Source of the DNA: Balanoglossus misakiensis
Lineage: Eukaryota; Animalia; Hemichordata
Length of the DNA stretch: 64,000 bases
Assembly (NCBI GenBank): GCA_040954595.2
Contig: CM082582.2
Coordinates: forward strand, 8,452,425-8,516,424
Direction of reading: 5' to 3'
Below the pieces are notes generated by a model that saw only the letters and a list, made by a program, of their open reading frames with translations, was not told the origin of the DNA and did not search any database. Position numbers and translations under genes: made by a program. Below are positions 1-13,300 of this stretch, piece by piece (the stretch's first letter is position 1; every line of letters begins with the position of its first letter).

Positions 1-3000
1 CTATATTCTACTTTCAGTGCTTTAAAGTGCTGACAAATCGAAAAACATGTGTGCGTCTTCACTGTCCTTGTCCCAAGTTTGAAGAAAGTGAGTTCACGTC
101 TGAATATAATAGTGATACCACACATGAAAAAATACAACAAAATGACAACGAAGCCGTGGGAGGGGGAATTTGAATCATATCATGCTACAAACGTTGCCTT
201 GCCTTTGTGCCAGCTTTGAAAGAAGTTGTTCTAGGTGAATGAAAATAATCCAGGCAACTTTCTGTCGTATTGCCATCGCGACAGTGGATTATCACGGCCA
301 CTAGTATTGTGATTCGCAGGCTCCTTGTCAGTGCGTGTTGGCTAGTATGGGAGAGAGAATAGTTGACTGAATGTGGGAGTTAGCACAAAGCCTGATCCGT
401 TCATGGAAACAAATATTTATTGAAAAATCGATCGAGGCCACTTTCATGCCTTTTCGGTTTGCTAAGAAGACAAGACAGCGTGTATACTCATAGTCGTTTC
501 CCCTCCCGTCGCTGTCCATTTTGTCTGCTGTGATTCCTTGAAACCACCTGTTGGCCAGGGTCCCGGTGTCTTTGCAAGCACAAATCATGGTTCGCGGCCC
601 CAACAGTCGACCAGGCCATACCTATTATAGAAAACCCTTTCAGTGATGATTACGAAGTCCACTTAGTAATGACCTCGCACGTTCATGCCCCGAGCGTGTT
701 CAACAACGAGACCTCCAATGTATCGATTGGTCTTGTCAAACGGTGCGGTCAGTAACCAGGCGGTCATCAACCTTTGCGGTTGACTTTTTGCCATAGTCGC
801 CAACAGAGGGCGAATGCTCTAATTGCGAGTTGGTTAATGAAAGTTACGTAAAAGAAACAGACTTCCTCTTTATGCAAGGTTAAAGGCCAATATGTGGGTA
901 CTTCTGACCAAAAAGCGCGCCGAAGGAAGGCCAGATAATATCATGATACAGCCACAGCCATATCTCAATACTGACTATAGACTGAGCAATTTTGTGAATA
1001 ACCCAAGTCAAAGGTGAGACACCAATATACGCCCACGTCTCAAATATCCTTGTTTGAGCCAGTCCTGAAAATAAGTGACTGAGATTTTGCTTTTTGTAAG
1101 TTAAGAGTACGCGGTAGGTAATCAGATATGCCGTTTTTTGTAAACCGAGAAAAATGACACAATTTTCTCCCCAAAACCCCCCGGATTAACGAAAACATTC
1201 CCTTCCCTATGATTTTGAGAACTCGTATGTAGGTACCCATTTCCTCCCTAGTGTTTCTTCACCATTATAACCACTTTCTATGATAGAGTTTCAAGGTTTA
1301 ATCTCATGTCGAATTAAAGCAGAATTCTTGGAAAAGACGATGGCATACTGGCAATTCACCGAATTTCGTGATTGAACCCGAATACCAATATGACACGTGA
1401 TCTAGCCCGGGGGTGTAAACGCCGGGAAATTACAAAGAAAATGGACGGTTAAGTAGTAATATATACACCAACTATACTTTCGGTAATATCAAAAACAGCA
1501 TTACCTTTTCAATAAAAACTGAGTTCCTGTTTTGCAACAAAACAGTTATCAGTCTCCTATGATGTTTCCTTGAACGTGACAATTCAGCTTATATTATGCG
1601 CAAAAAACTATCAGGTTCAATACCCCAAGACCAAATTGTGATGGTGTCATCATTTTTTCCGTCCTCCTGGAAATCAAACTTTCTCTAAACTTTAACTTCT
1701 TGTAGTTTTCGTTTTCTTTGTAAGGTGACGTATTTAATAAGATTCATTCCCAACGATAAGTTTGACATGATTGACAGCTATATCCGCAATTCGCTCTTCC
1801 AACTAGGTTTACTACAGGTTGCCGTAACCTACATATTATACCCTGGCGCTGTATATCGCCTCTGTGATTATGGTCGCGCAGGAGTCGAGATTTATTCTTT
1901 TGAAGATATATTTATAAAATACTGATCATATATCTATTGATATTCGTATTTTTCACATGCTCTCGAAATTAACGAGCGTACAAGCGCCAGGTTATAGTGT
2001 TGGCCTATCATGAAGGTTACGTGCAAAGAAGAGATTTTTAAAATGAGGTTCAGTCTTGTTTCCGTTGGGGGAAAAACCGTTGCGTAGTTACAACCGACTG
2101 GCCATCCCAATTCATAATATCGTAACTAAAGAGAAACATATTCACTCGGAAATTTTGATGGCAGGTTTTAAAAATGAGTGTCAACGCCGTGTCGCGCTGT
2201 CACCAAGAATGTTGGAGTTTAATACGAAGAGTTACATTTCTCGAAGGCAGTGCGCATTTCTGCAGAGTTAAACCGTTTTGGCGTTAAATGAGTTTTGAAA
2301 AATTAACAACACTGCAATAACAACACAATTGCAACCATAAAATGACATTTCAGTATGAATTAATCGGTCAAAGCCCCCCCCCCCCCGCGATGACGACATG
2401 AAATATTTCATAAAGGTGGGTGCAAACCCAGCGAACATTAATCAATCTATTTATGAAAGTAAAAGACCTTATGGTACGGTCACTATTACCTTCTTGTGTA
2501 CCAGTACCGGTGCACGTAGGCAAAACAATTTATTTTTAAACTCAGTATAGGTAGGTAGACCATCGTGTTTACAGATGACCGAGCGCGAGCGAGTCCCAGC
2601 AAAACAGTCACGTGAAGTACGGTCACGATCGTCTAGCTTCGTGACCAAAAATTCTTGGCCGGAAGTTCTACGCATGATGAAAAACAACTATACCCCATTT
2701 TTGATGTGGTTTTTTTTGTGTCGGGGTAGTACACACTATACGGGTTGCTATTCCTCCAAACATTCAACTATTTATCATAAGGAGCTAGGGCTTTTGTAAA
2801 AAAAAAGAAAAAGATGAAATCAGGGTGTTCACTATCTTTAAAACTTAGTTAACAAAAAAGACGGGGGTTCACAAATTAGTCCGTCGGACTTTTGCCACAA
2901 AGGACTGGGAATCTGGTAGTACAGTGCAGTACTTTCCACAGTAATATGCAAGTTTAAACTATAATGTTTATACCTCTCAATAGAGGGGGACGGGTATTTT

Positions 3001-3452
3001 AGGACTACACTTTTAAAAAGCTTGAATTTGAAAGTTTGAAAACAACTTGAAGGCTAGATGGTCAACTTTTACCTGAACACGCAGGTAAACTTACAGTGAT
3101 TGAGTTTAAAACCAGCTTGACATTTCACTGTGGTGCAGTTTTAACCACGGTAGCCTGTGGGATTCAGTCTCTACTTGTAGTTTTCGGTGTATGTGATGTG
3201 TAGGGACTGCCACGCATAATGCGCGACTTGTTCCCACGGGGGCCGGGTGCGTGCGTCTGTGGAGTGAGTCGAGCCAGCGCGTTTGCCCTGGAGTAATGAA
3301 ACAACATACATTCGCGACTCGAACGCACATGCGATATGCACACAGCACTTCCGGGTTGCAACCGGCATATGAAAACAGAAGACTGTTCTGGCAGAGATCA
3401 AGGACCAGATCAGTAAGAGAGGGTTGACAGTCAAAGTAATTCGCACATCAGA

Positions 3453-6400
3453 ATGTGTCAGGTACAGGAAGGACACGATGGACCAGAAAAAGCTAGATCA
3501 AGGTGAGCTCATGCCATCGGATCACTGGTCTCAAGAAGAGTCAATGAATGAATGATGATCGTGGATTTCTTATGCCTTGCATATACATTGTACTGATATC
3601 CACTTTCCATGGTAACTGAGACTCACAGTTGCGTGAGAGTTGTTTGTTTACACGGCGATCGCCTATGACACAGAAAAAGGATAGGCGATCGCCGTGTAAA
3701 CAAACAATCCTCATGCAACTGTGCTGTGGCTAAATAACCACAGGTGACTGTATACCTCCAACAACAGCAGTGGTCATTTGCCTTTTATCTGACTCAGTTT
3801 CAGGACAACCTGTATGCGATGTGATGAACATGCTGTCGTGGAGTTGAAAGCCTACGATTTGGTATTTTGCAGGTAAGGCAAGGATATGTAGATGGGTAAA
3901 TCAGGGGTATAGATTACAGAGCCTGCAATTGACAGTTAATCTGTATTGTTGGTACATGTGACATTGTTTATATATTTATAGTGATGACACACTTCTGCAT
4001 TTATAATGAGGCAACATTTTAGTGTTACTTTATATACTATGGGCAGTATCTGATGGTGAAAAATGATTGGGTGATTATGTCCAGGGGGTTATAACCATTA
4101 ACCATTCCTGTTTTTTTTCCTGCCGGACAGCTGTGACAGACACACTGAGGAAACAATCAGCACCAGTCACCTCCAATAAAAAAAATGCAGCACCAATCTG
4201 AAATTTCAATTCTGAAACTCACCTTTCACTTTGTTGCCTTTTTCTCACAGGCAGTGCTTCCTGAATTACTTCACACACAAGTTCCGATCAACAATTGGAA
4301 AGTCAAAATTGGTAAAGAAAGGAGAAAAGGTATTACAAAAATAAATGCAAATCTGGCGTACACTTAATTAATAATGTCACTTTTATGTTCTGTTTCTCAG
4401 CACTGATTACAGCAAACCAAATTGTATCGATAAACCCTTTTTTGAGGCAATGCAGCTTTAATGAGCTCAGCCTAACCCTGGTGGCTGTAGCCTATATATC
4501 TAGGCCCCACTGACATTGTCTAGCAGGACTTAAATAAGCAGCGTGCCCTCCAAGCTAATATTAGGATATTATGCTGTGCCACTAGAAGGTAGAAGGAAAT
4601 TATCCATAATACGGGTAAAGTGTAGGGCTGACGCACAGAAATTTCTAGACATTCTAAAATCGCATGAAATCAGGTCAAAGCCTTTGAAAAGCATGCTTGC
4701 TGGCGGGCACGTGTCTATAAGACTAAGCTGAGCATCAGAACATATAGGTCATGGATAATTCAGCCATACCATGGGTATCATTTATTGTTAAAGGTAGCTT
4801 GTGAGCCTCCTAGGCGTATTTCAGTCAAAATCACTTTTCCATCATGAATTATTTCCGTTTTCATGATCTTTAAAACTGGCATCAGGTTGACAATGGCAGA
4901 GACCCTGAAAGCCTGTTCGTTTAATGCGAAATTGACGAGAGTGGGCAAACAGAAATAATGTTAGTTTATTACCCCACCTGTCTTACAATAATGTCCAATT
5001 TTTATCGACCAAAACTACCATTTACTGTTTCTTGCCAATCCGATTTGCAGGTTTTGCTGGCATTTTCTGGAGGTCAGAGTTCAAGTGCAATGTTGAAGCT
5101 TGTGAAAGAGGTATGTGCATTGACTCAAAAAATTGACTTATACTGGTCCTGCTTTTCCTTATGGATGTGTGTGTACAGTAGATGCCACAAAGTTCTTTTT
5201 ATTTTTATTTCCTGGTAAAACCTCATCTATCGCGTCTGTTTGATTGTAATCTAGGGTTTATGTGAAGAGACTCACAAGAAACTTAGATTTCATCCTGGAG
5301 TAATCTACATAGATGGTAAGTCGTCTTGACTTGAAAATTAGACAATGGGAAAAAAATCCACTTCTGCTAATTGATAATTTCAGGACATTTTCCACATAGC
5401 TCTTTTAAATAAACGAATTCAACAGTCACCTTGTTTCAATTTCTGGTGAAATTTGTTGAATATTTGTGCCGATAGGAAAACCATTAAAAGCAAACTTTAG
5501 TTTGTGCGTTTATCCATTAAAGTCACGTCTGTTATTTGATTTACTAGAGTGGTGACCCCCTCTATTTTGATACCCTGACAAAGGAGATTTCAAATGACAT
5601 TACCTTCAACTTTACCGATCATATGTCCTTAATTACCATCCATCAATATTGGTAGTGACATATGCTTACAATGTAGGACAGTGGTACCTCAAGTACAGTG
5701 ATGTGTATTCTCTTACTCGTGTAAGTTTTTGAGTGGATCACGAAATAACAAACCTGTAATCCTACACCATATGTTGCTTTTACCAAGCAATCATTACTGT
5801 GCTTAGTTACAGTATTTAATAACGACTGAGTCAGCTGTACTTTTTTGTCAGGTTAACTGTTCTTTCTCTCTGTTCTGTAGAGTGTACATTGTGCATGGAC
5901 GCTGGCATTGGCAGATTTTCCAGGATAAAGTCAATTTTGCCGTTTTTGTTGTTGTTTTCAGAAGGAGCAGTCACTGGCCAAAGTGTCCTGGACAGGGAGA
6001 GATCACGTGACCAGATTCAGAGCATCATGGGAGAGTGCGGCTTCCCGAGTCACATCAAAGCACTGGAAGAAGTCAGTATATTTCATAAAAAAATGTCTGG
6101 GTTCATCATGGTTATTGTTGAGTCCAGCATATTGTTGATAATAATGTCAAAAATGGGTGGCTTTGTCGCTTTAATTTTCAGGTTGTTTACTTAGACGACG
6201 CAGAACAGACGACAGATTCAGGAGAGCCGGTTGAAGCCACAGAAAGTAACGAAATCAAAGATGGGGCATCTGAAAACATGGCGAAATTGAGGATAGATGA
6301 CGGACAGTCCAATCGACTACAGGAACTTCTGTCCAATACCAAGTCTCTTACAGCCAAAGAAGATCTCGTTCAGAACTTGAGGTTGGGAGTTGATGTTTGT

Positions 6401-8182
6401 TGTCTGTTAATTTGTCATGGACATCCTGATTATCCCCCATAACTTTCCTGGCACTATTTTGAAGAGCGCCATCTACAGTTACACAAAGGCAGATCTTGTA
6501 CAACCATTTAAATCAACAAAACATGTTCTGCAGAAAGGTGCTCAAAGACTTGTTCACATGTGACCTTTTGTACTCGCCCAACAGGAATAAATTACTTCTA
6601 CACGTGGCACGGAAGAACAAGTACGACAAAGTCATGGTTGGTAACAGTGGTACAAACCTGTCTGTGTGTATTCTATCTGACCTCGCCAAGGGGAGGGGAG
6701 CCGCTGTTCCCTTGGATACCAACTTTGCTGACCACCGCCATGGAGATATTCTTTTTCTCCGACCAATGAGGTAAGACATAGATATGTTCATCTGAGAGGG
6801 TTGGATATTAATTACCAAACATCCACTCAATAAAAAAACTTTTGCTATTACTTGATCATACACATTCTTCTCTTCAGGGAATTTACATCGAAAGAGATTG
6901 CCCTTTACAATCGTTTCCAAGACATTGAACCAGTTGTCATGCCAACGTTGACTACCAAAGCAGCGGTGAACGCCAGTATAAACCACTTAACAGAGGCATT
7001 CGTTACCAATTTACAAGTGAATTTTCCATCCACTGTGAACACTGTATTCAGGTGAGTTACTGTAATTCTCAAGTCTGTCACTGTGACAGAAGTACAACCA
7101 CTGCACTGTTTTATTTGGTTCATATTTGTTTACTATATCATATAATCCATAGAACTGGTGAAAAGTTATGTGATGCCAAGGCTCGTTCAACAGAATCCAA
7201 GAACTGCTGTGTAATGTGTCAGGTGAGTTAACTTTGTGTGTGCGTGTGCGTTCATTGGAGTTCGAGTTCTCCATTGTTCACAAGTTCGGTGTTGGTTTGA
7301 AACAAAAGCTCAGTAGTGTTTTCAGTCCAGTGAAGCGAACGACATGAACACATCTTCTCTTGACCTTCAACAGGCATTATTGGACACTACAGTCGGCACT
7401 GCATCGGCTCTGAAATCCACTGAATTCTCTCTGTCGCTCATGAAAGAAAAGACGAGAAACACCAAACCAACGCACCAGTCTGCAGATGGAGGGCGCTGTT
7501 CCGACTCCTCTGAATGCTGTGGCCAGGGAGATGGAAGTTGTCGCAGCAATCCCAGAGAATCGTCGTAAGTTTGAGTTTGTTTGATCTAGAATTCATGTAG
7601 TTTCTCCAAAAAATAAATCGGCCCTTCTGCTGCTTTGTAAATATATCAAGTCATCGACCGTGTGTATTTCATCAAGATCTTGTTTTTCTTTCCAGATTAA
7701 TATCAAAAGACCAGGTGAATGAATACCTGTGTTATGCCTGCAGAGTGACACTCAGAGACGTGGTAAGACTGTTAGTCTTCTTACAATTCAACACCGCTAC
7801 ATTCCATGGCAACAGAGTCTGGATTTGCACGGATGACCGGATACCTTTTACTAACCAAAAGCATATTGTCTGTTGATTCAACAGAAGGATGTGAACTGTT
7901 TACCAAGATACATCGCTGAAGAGGTTGCCATGAGAACGAGAAGGTGGGTGTTGAGAGCGACATTTGTCAGTTTTACGGTCTGTCATTGATCAAAGTTTGA
8001 ACCTGTCCAGCAGCACACTCGTACCAACGAAAATGCAAAGATGGCATATCTCTGTCACACAAATGACCAGTTGGTACAGTACACCATTCACCCCAATATC
8101 CTTCTGCAAAAATTATTTTTATTTTTGCAGGTCACATATGAAGGCCGAAATCGAAGGCTTTCTTCTGGATGAAAGTGATTAA
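3453..8182 (+). CDS. CTU2: Cytoplasmic tRNA 2-thiolation protein 2, about 14 exons
   Basis: Spliced translation: MCQVQEG..., CMRC...FCRQCFLNYFTHKFRSTIGK, VLLAFSGGQSSSAML (degenerate PP-loop), ILSDLAKGRG, FLRPMREFTSKEI, NFPSTVNTVFRTGEKL, LCYACRV, ending IEGFLLDESD*. GT-AG introns; AATAAA near 8216. Confidence 0.93.
3624..3723. mobile_element. 100-bp hairpin (MITE-like) in CTU2 intron 1
   Basis: Two 43-bp inverted arms (3624-3666 and 3681-3723, 3 mismatches) around a 14-nt loop. CACAG...CTGTG ends; flanks ctgagact and ctgtggct match 6/8, like a decayed target-site duplication. Confidence 0.7.
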
Positions 8183-10348
8183 ATGTCAATGTTATGAAGT
8201 TGTATGAAATTTGAAAATAAAGATGAATAATTGTAAAGAGTGGTTGCAGTTGATCTGGTCTTATTTAAGGGTACGACTGATTCTGTCATTCAAAGCACAG
8301 TAGGTCATGTGGCTATTATATGGATAGTTGACAGTGAGTTATTTGGAAACAATGGTTACAAAAACCACATCTTTAGTAGCTTTTACGTGTGGGGGTTTGG
8401 AATGCAAATGAGTTTTATGATTCACGCGCGCACATCGTTGTGAGACTGAGAACATGAAACTCTTTAATAACAGGCAGTAACACTGGAAAGTTTGGTGCAG
8501 CGGAACAAAATGATTTCACTTGAAAATAAATACAATATAAATTACATTATCCCAACTTTGTGCAGTCGACGACAAAGTCATAACAACAATTGATGAAAAC
8601 GAATACAACCCTGGAAAAGGTATTAACATGTACAATAAAATTCTTTGAGCACATTTTGCATTTGTAGTGCTATTTGATTCGTCATTGTACAAAACTACAC
8701 GGAGATATTTTCTCATCAAAAATTTACATTAAACAGCAGTACATTGGTATTTATATACAGTAAAAACTCTTGTAAAACTGACGAGAGAGTAAAATTATCT
8801 CCAGGACAGTCAACGCAAGACATAATTTTATGCGCACGCTTCTGTCTGATGGAAAAATTGTAATTATCATTCATAAACACTTCCTGAAACTGGTAAAAAT
8901 TCTTGAAAACAGCACACCATGATAGAAACGAGTGAACTGGGTAACAACAGTTTTAGACATTAAATTTTTTTTATCAACAATAAGACACGTAGAGGGTTTT
9001 CATTATTATTCCAACAATTGTGCTTGTGCGCATTGTGATGTATGTTCAGAAGACTCTACCACACGAGGCTGGTCACACGAGTGAATATAATTGTGGTGTG
9101 GACATTCGACAAAGTGAACAGTACATCAATGAAAATGCTAATTAACCACGGCGTTACAAATTTAAAGTAGGGGTAGCCATGGAGCAGGGGGAACATTGGT
9201 CCAATATACAACAAGTACTTCCATATTTCAAGAACAAGTACCTATTGGAAACAATTACCTCAAGACTATCACGCGACATATTTTCCAAAATGAAACTGGA
9301 TGCAATCATGTGCAGGTGGGTGTGACAATGTGGTGATTACCGGTAGAACAGAAATGTTTGAAAAATTTAGAGATGTGAAACTGACAGCAGGCACGCATTG
9401 GTCAACTTGAAATGCCGGAACTCGTCAGACTGACTTTGGTTAACTGATAGCGGTTCATGTTCACTTGAATTTATATTACACTAGTCTAATTCTCTATGTT
9501 CCATTTTGCTGGTTGCCTTGGTTGCAAGATTAATGACAAAAGCTTGGATGACCAAAATGGCAACCTACGTACGGACATGGCATATTATGAGATCATTCCC
9601 ACATATTGGTCTAGAAATTGTCCTCTTTCATCTGCCGTGCAACATTCAAAAACAACCCCACTGCATTGGCATCTCACATTTCAACTCCACCGCAAGTCAT
9701 TAAAACATAAAATAAAAAAATGGAGAATTCCTAAACTTTCTGACACACTACAAGCTAAGCAACACTGCATGGGGGACCCTCCTCAATCTGATGAACAGTC
9801 TTGAAGATAAAACGTTCAGTGCACCTACACTGATTCAGAATTAAGCACATACTACTTGTGTCTAAGAAAATATCTTTAAGAATACAATGTATGGTCAAAA
9901 GTTCATTGTCAGTTGTGTCGACTCTCTTGATAGGTAGGTTTAAAAAAACTCTTGATTTTTGCTCCCGGCTGATATTGAAAAATACAACAGCTGCCATAGT
10001 GTCCATGGCACTGAATCTTGTTGCAAACAGACTAATTACTTCTTCTCTTTGATAAACTTGCGTCAAGTTTTCCAAGGAAGGTCACTTGGCCGTGACAGTG
10101 TGTCAAAGGTAGTACATTGCAAGTGTATTTGCTGGTCATTTTTCACCCCAACTTCTTTTTCTGTGCAATACACCCACAAGTAACATATCCGATATTGGCC
10201 AGCCACTCATATAATGAGTCTGTCCATTGAATATGATGCTATCGGGGCCAAGTTCAAAGTATTGACATCTTTCTCCCTCTCACCAGAATCAAGCCAACTA
10301 TTCCGTTTAATTAAGTGTATCGAATTTGTCTCCAAGCACACAGATCCA

Positions 10349-13300
10349 TCATAGACAGAGGTCGTCCTTCTCCTCTTCCACAAACTTCTGTATAGCCTTG
10401 TAGCCTTCCATGGAGCCCCATCTCTCTTGGAGTGCGATGCACTCGCTTTCGTTGGTGTACTCTAACCTGGCTTTCAAGTGGCTTCTGATTAAAGCTTTCG
10501 AAATCTGAAGTCCCTGGGGAGATGGAGAGCAGAGCACGGCAATGAAAAGTCAAAGCCATCATTCTTGAAATCTTTCGAAGATTTGCAAAACCACGTTGGA
10601 CCATTTAGAATGCAAGACCTGAACCACTCCCCCAGTACACCATCAAAGTACACGCATATAATTTTTATCATTTAATTCTTACCTTCCCTGAGGTTGCTGC
10701 CATGTTTTGAAGCCTTGGTATGACCTCCTGCATGAAGCTGGTCGGCCAAAACACCTGAGAGACCAAGCCCTTCTGACAAGCTTCAAGGGCAGTTAGTTTT
10801 CTACCCGCCAGCAGCATCTCATTGGCCTATGAAAGAAACATGTATATTCCTTACCAATAGACAAATCTATCTGTATGCATTTATCCACATACATACATAC
10901 ATACATACATACATACATACATACATACATACATACATACATACTTTTTACTTACATATGAAGGTGAATGTGCATGCGTGTGTGTACACTTGCTACAATT
11001 GACTTTATCAGCAACATCAGTTATTTGGGTAATAACCAGTTAATCAGTTATTTGGTATAATATCTTACCATTGCAGGACCCATGATCAGCGGGAATGTAT
11101 AGGACGAACAACCTTCTGGAGTCTGTGCTAGTCTGGCATAAGGTGTGTGGAAGCAAGCCTTGTCGCTGGCATACACTATGTCGCACAAAGGCAGCAAAGC
11201 CACTCCCAAACCCACAGCTGGTCCATTCACTGCAGCTACCAGCAACTTGGGGAATTTAATGACGGCCTCGACAAATGCCCTGCATAGTCAACAAAAATAT
11301 GGTTCAGTAATCTTGTCAGTTAGATTGTTTACACCTTTACGTCATATCTGTCAACTGTTAATTTGTTTAATACTCATCCATACATAAAACTGGTGTTTAA
11401 AGTTACTAGACCATTTTTCAAAGTGATATTTCTCACCAATGACAACATGGAAAAGTGAATATTTTGTATGTGGTATAACCATACAGGAAACATAAAAAAT
11501 AAATTTCATCTAACCTCAGTGTCTCAGACATTTCCAATGCTGCTTTTCTTCTGCCATCTGCGGGTTTACTTGACAGATAATTGAGATCTATTCCTGAGCA
11601 GAAGACACTCCCAGAACCACTCAGCATCACTACTTTGCTGTCGTCGTAAGTGGCATTGTTGAGAGCATTGATCAATTCTCTGCACACCTAAGTCAAACAG
11701 GAATTAAAGTGTTACACACACATCAACAAGTGGTGACCAGTGTATACAAATATGTATAGTACTGCCACTGATCATGATTAACGCCTGAAGTTGCTCTGAA
11801 ATATCAAACGGGATCACACTTGAAACAATGCTCATCCTGTCCAAACCGTATGATGTACCAACTGCAACGAGTAGTTGTGAACACGTTTTTTATGGCACCA
11901 CATTGAAGAAGAAAGAAATTTACCAGTGGGTTTATTGCGTTTTTGCTTGATGTATTTGTGAACAGCCAGATCTGGGTGTAGCCAGGAGCCTTCTTGACAA
12001 CTATTTCCTTATACTTGAAAACACTTTCACTCTGACGGACACTATGCCTCCTGAAGAACAAGAACATACATCTGTATTAAAGGGACTGGACACTACTAGG
12101 AATACCACTGCATGAAATTATTGTTCACTCAAATTCTTGCCAGAAAAGATATTCATGTACCTATCTCCTGGTTCTTCATCAATGATATCTGATAACGCCC
12201 TCTTCACTGATCTGTCAGGTAAATGCTTCTTGGGTGTGGATCCCAACAACCTCTTATAGGATACAATTGGTGAAGTTGCTTGATTAACCAGTTTGCTGGG
12301 TGCGTGCAAACCTTCAGCCGGTTTTTCGGCCTTCTGTTTCGACAGTGGTGTCAATATGGATGGGCCCTTGGCTTTGCAACAGCACATATGGCCAGCATAA
12401 CCATTGATTTTATTGCCACTTGAATTTTGTTTAGCATCATCACAGGCAGTATCTGGGCAGGAAGATAGAGGAAAGAAGAAAAGCTAAGTAATGCAGAACA
12501 TACATCAAAAACAGGTATAGTTCATGGAGAAAAAATATTTCATTTTCTGAGTCCAATTCTCCCAACCTTAAATAGGTTTTTGCTACCAAGGTTACAGTGA
12601 TGAAAATTCCATATGGTCGACACAATTTCAAGATAAATGGAAGTTCACAAGCTAAAGTGATATTCTGTCATTCTGAAACTTCTTAATAGAAAACATAACA
12701 AAATGTGAAAAATGTTTTCACCTACCATTTGTGTCCATCGTTCTACAAGCTGCTGGGTTGTTACTCTCTGCAGTTGCACACATATTCGATGCTTTTGACC
12801 CTGTTGACTGTACTTTTTGCTTTCTGCCCGCCTTTTTATTATTGTCAGTTTTGCCCGATGAATTACTACTCAAAGCATTGGCAACCGTTTCACCATCTGA
12901 AAGGGATTTGATGATGTGATCGGCCAGCTGGTATCTGATGTCATCATCATCATCATCATCATCATCGTCTGAGGGGAAATCCACATCAGAAAGTTCTGAA
13001 CTTGATTCCGACGACGATGGTTCAGGGGAGTCTGTCCTTTGTTTTTTCGCTTTAGGCTCTGATGTGGAATTTTCAACAACTTTTCTTTTTTTTGATTTTT
13101 TATATGTTGCCTTTTGTTTGGTAGATAACACTTTCCCATGTTTCTTAGATTTGTGGTGGCCTTTCGTCTTATTGACTATTTTGTCGAATTTATTTTTCTT
13201 AGCCCAGTTGTTCTTTTTCTTGTTGTTATAATCGACCACAAACTGCATGCATTGGCTCAGGTTTTTTACAGGTTCCCAGGTGTTGTCTTCCTCTCCGTAA

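Noticed and set aside
12941-12968. (TCA)n repeat
   Set aside because: It encodes the poly-Asp tract in the CDYL linker, ordinary low-complexity coding sequence.
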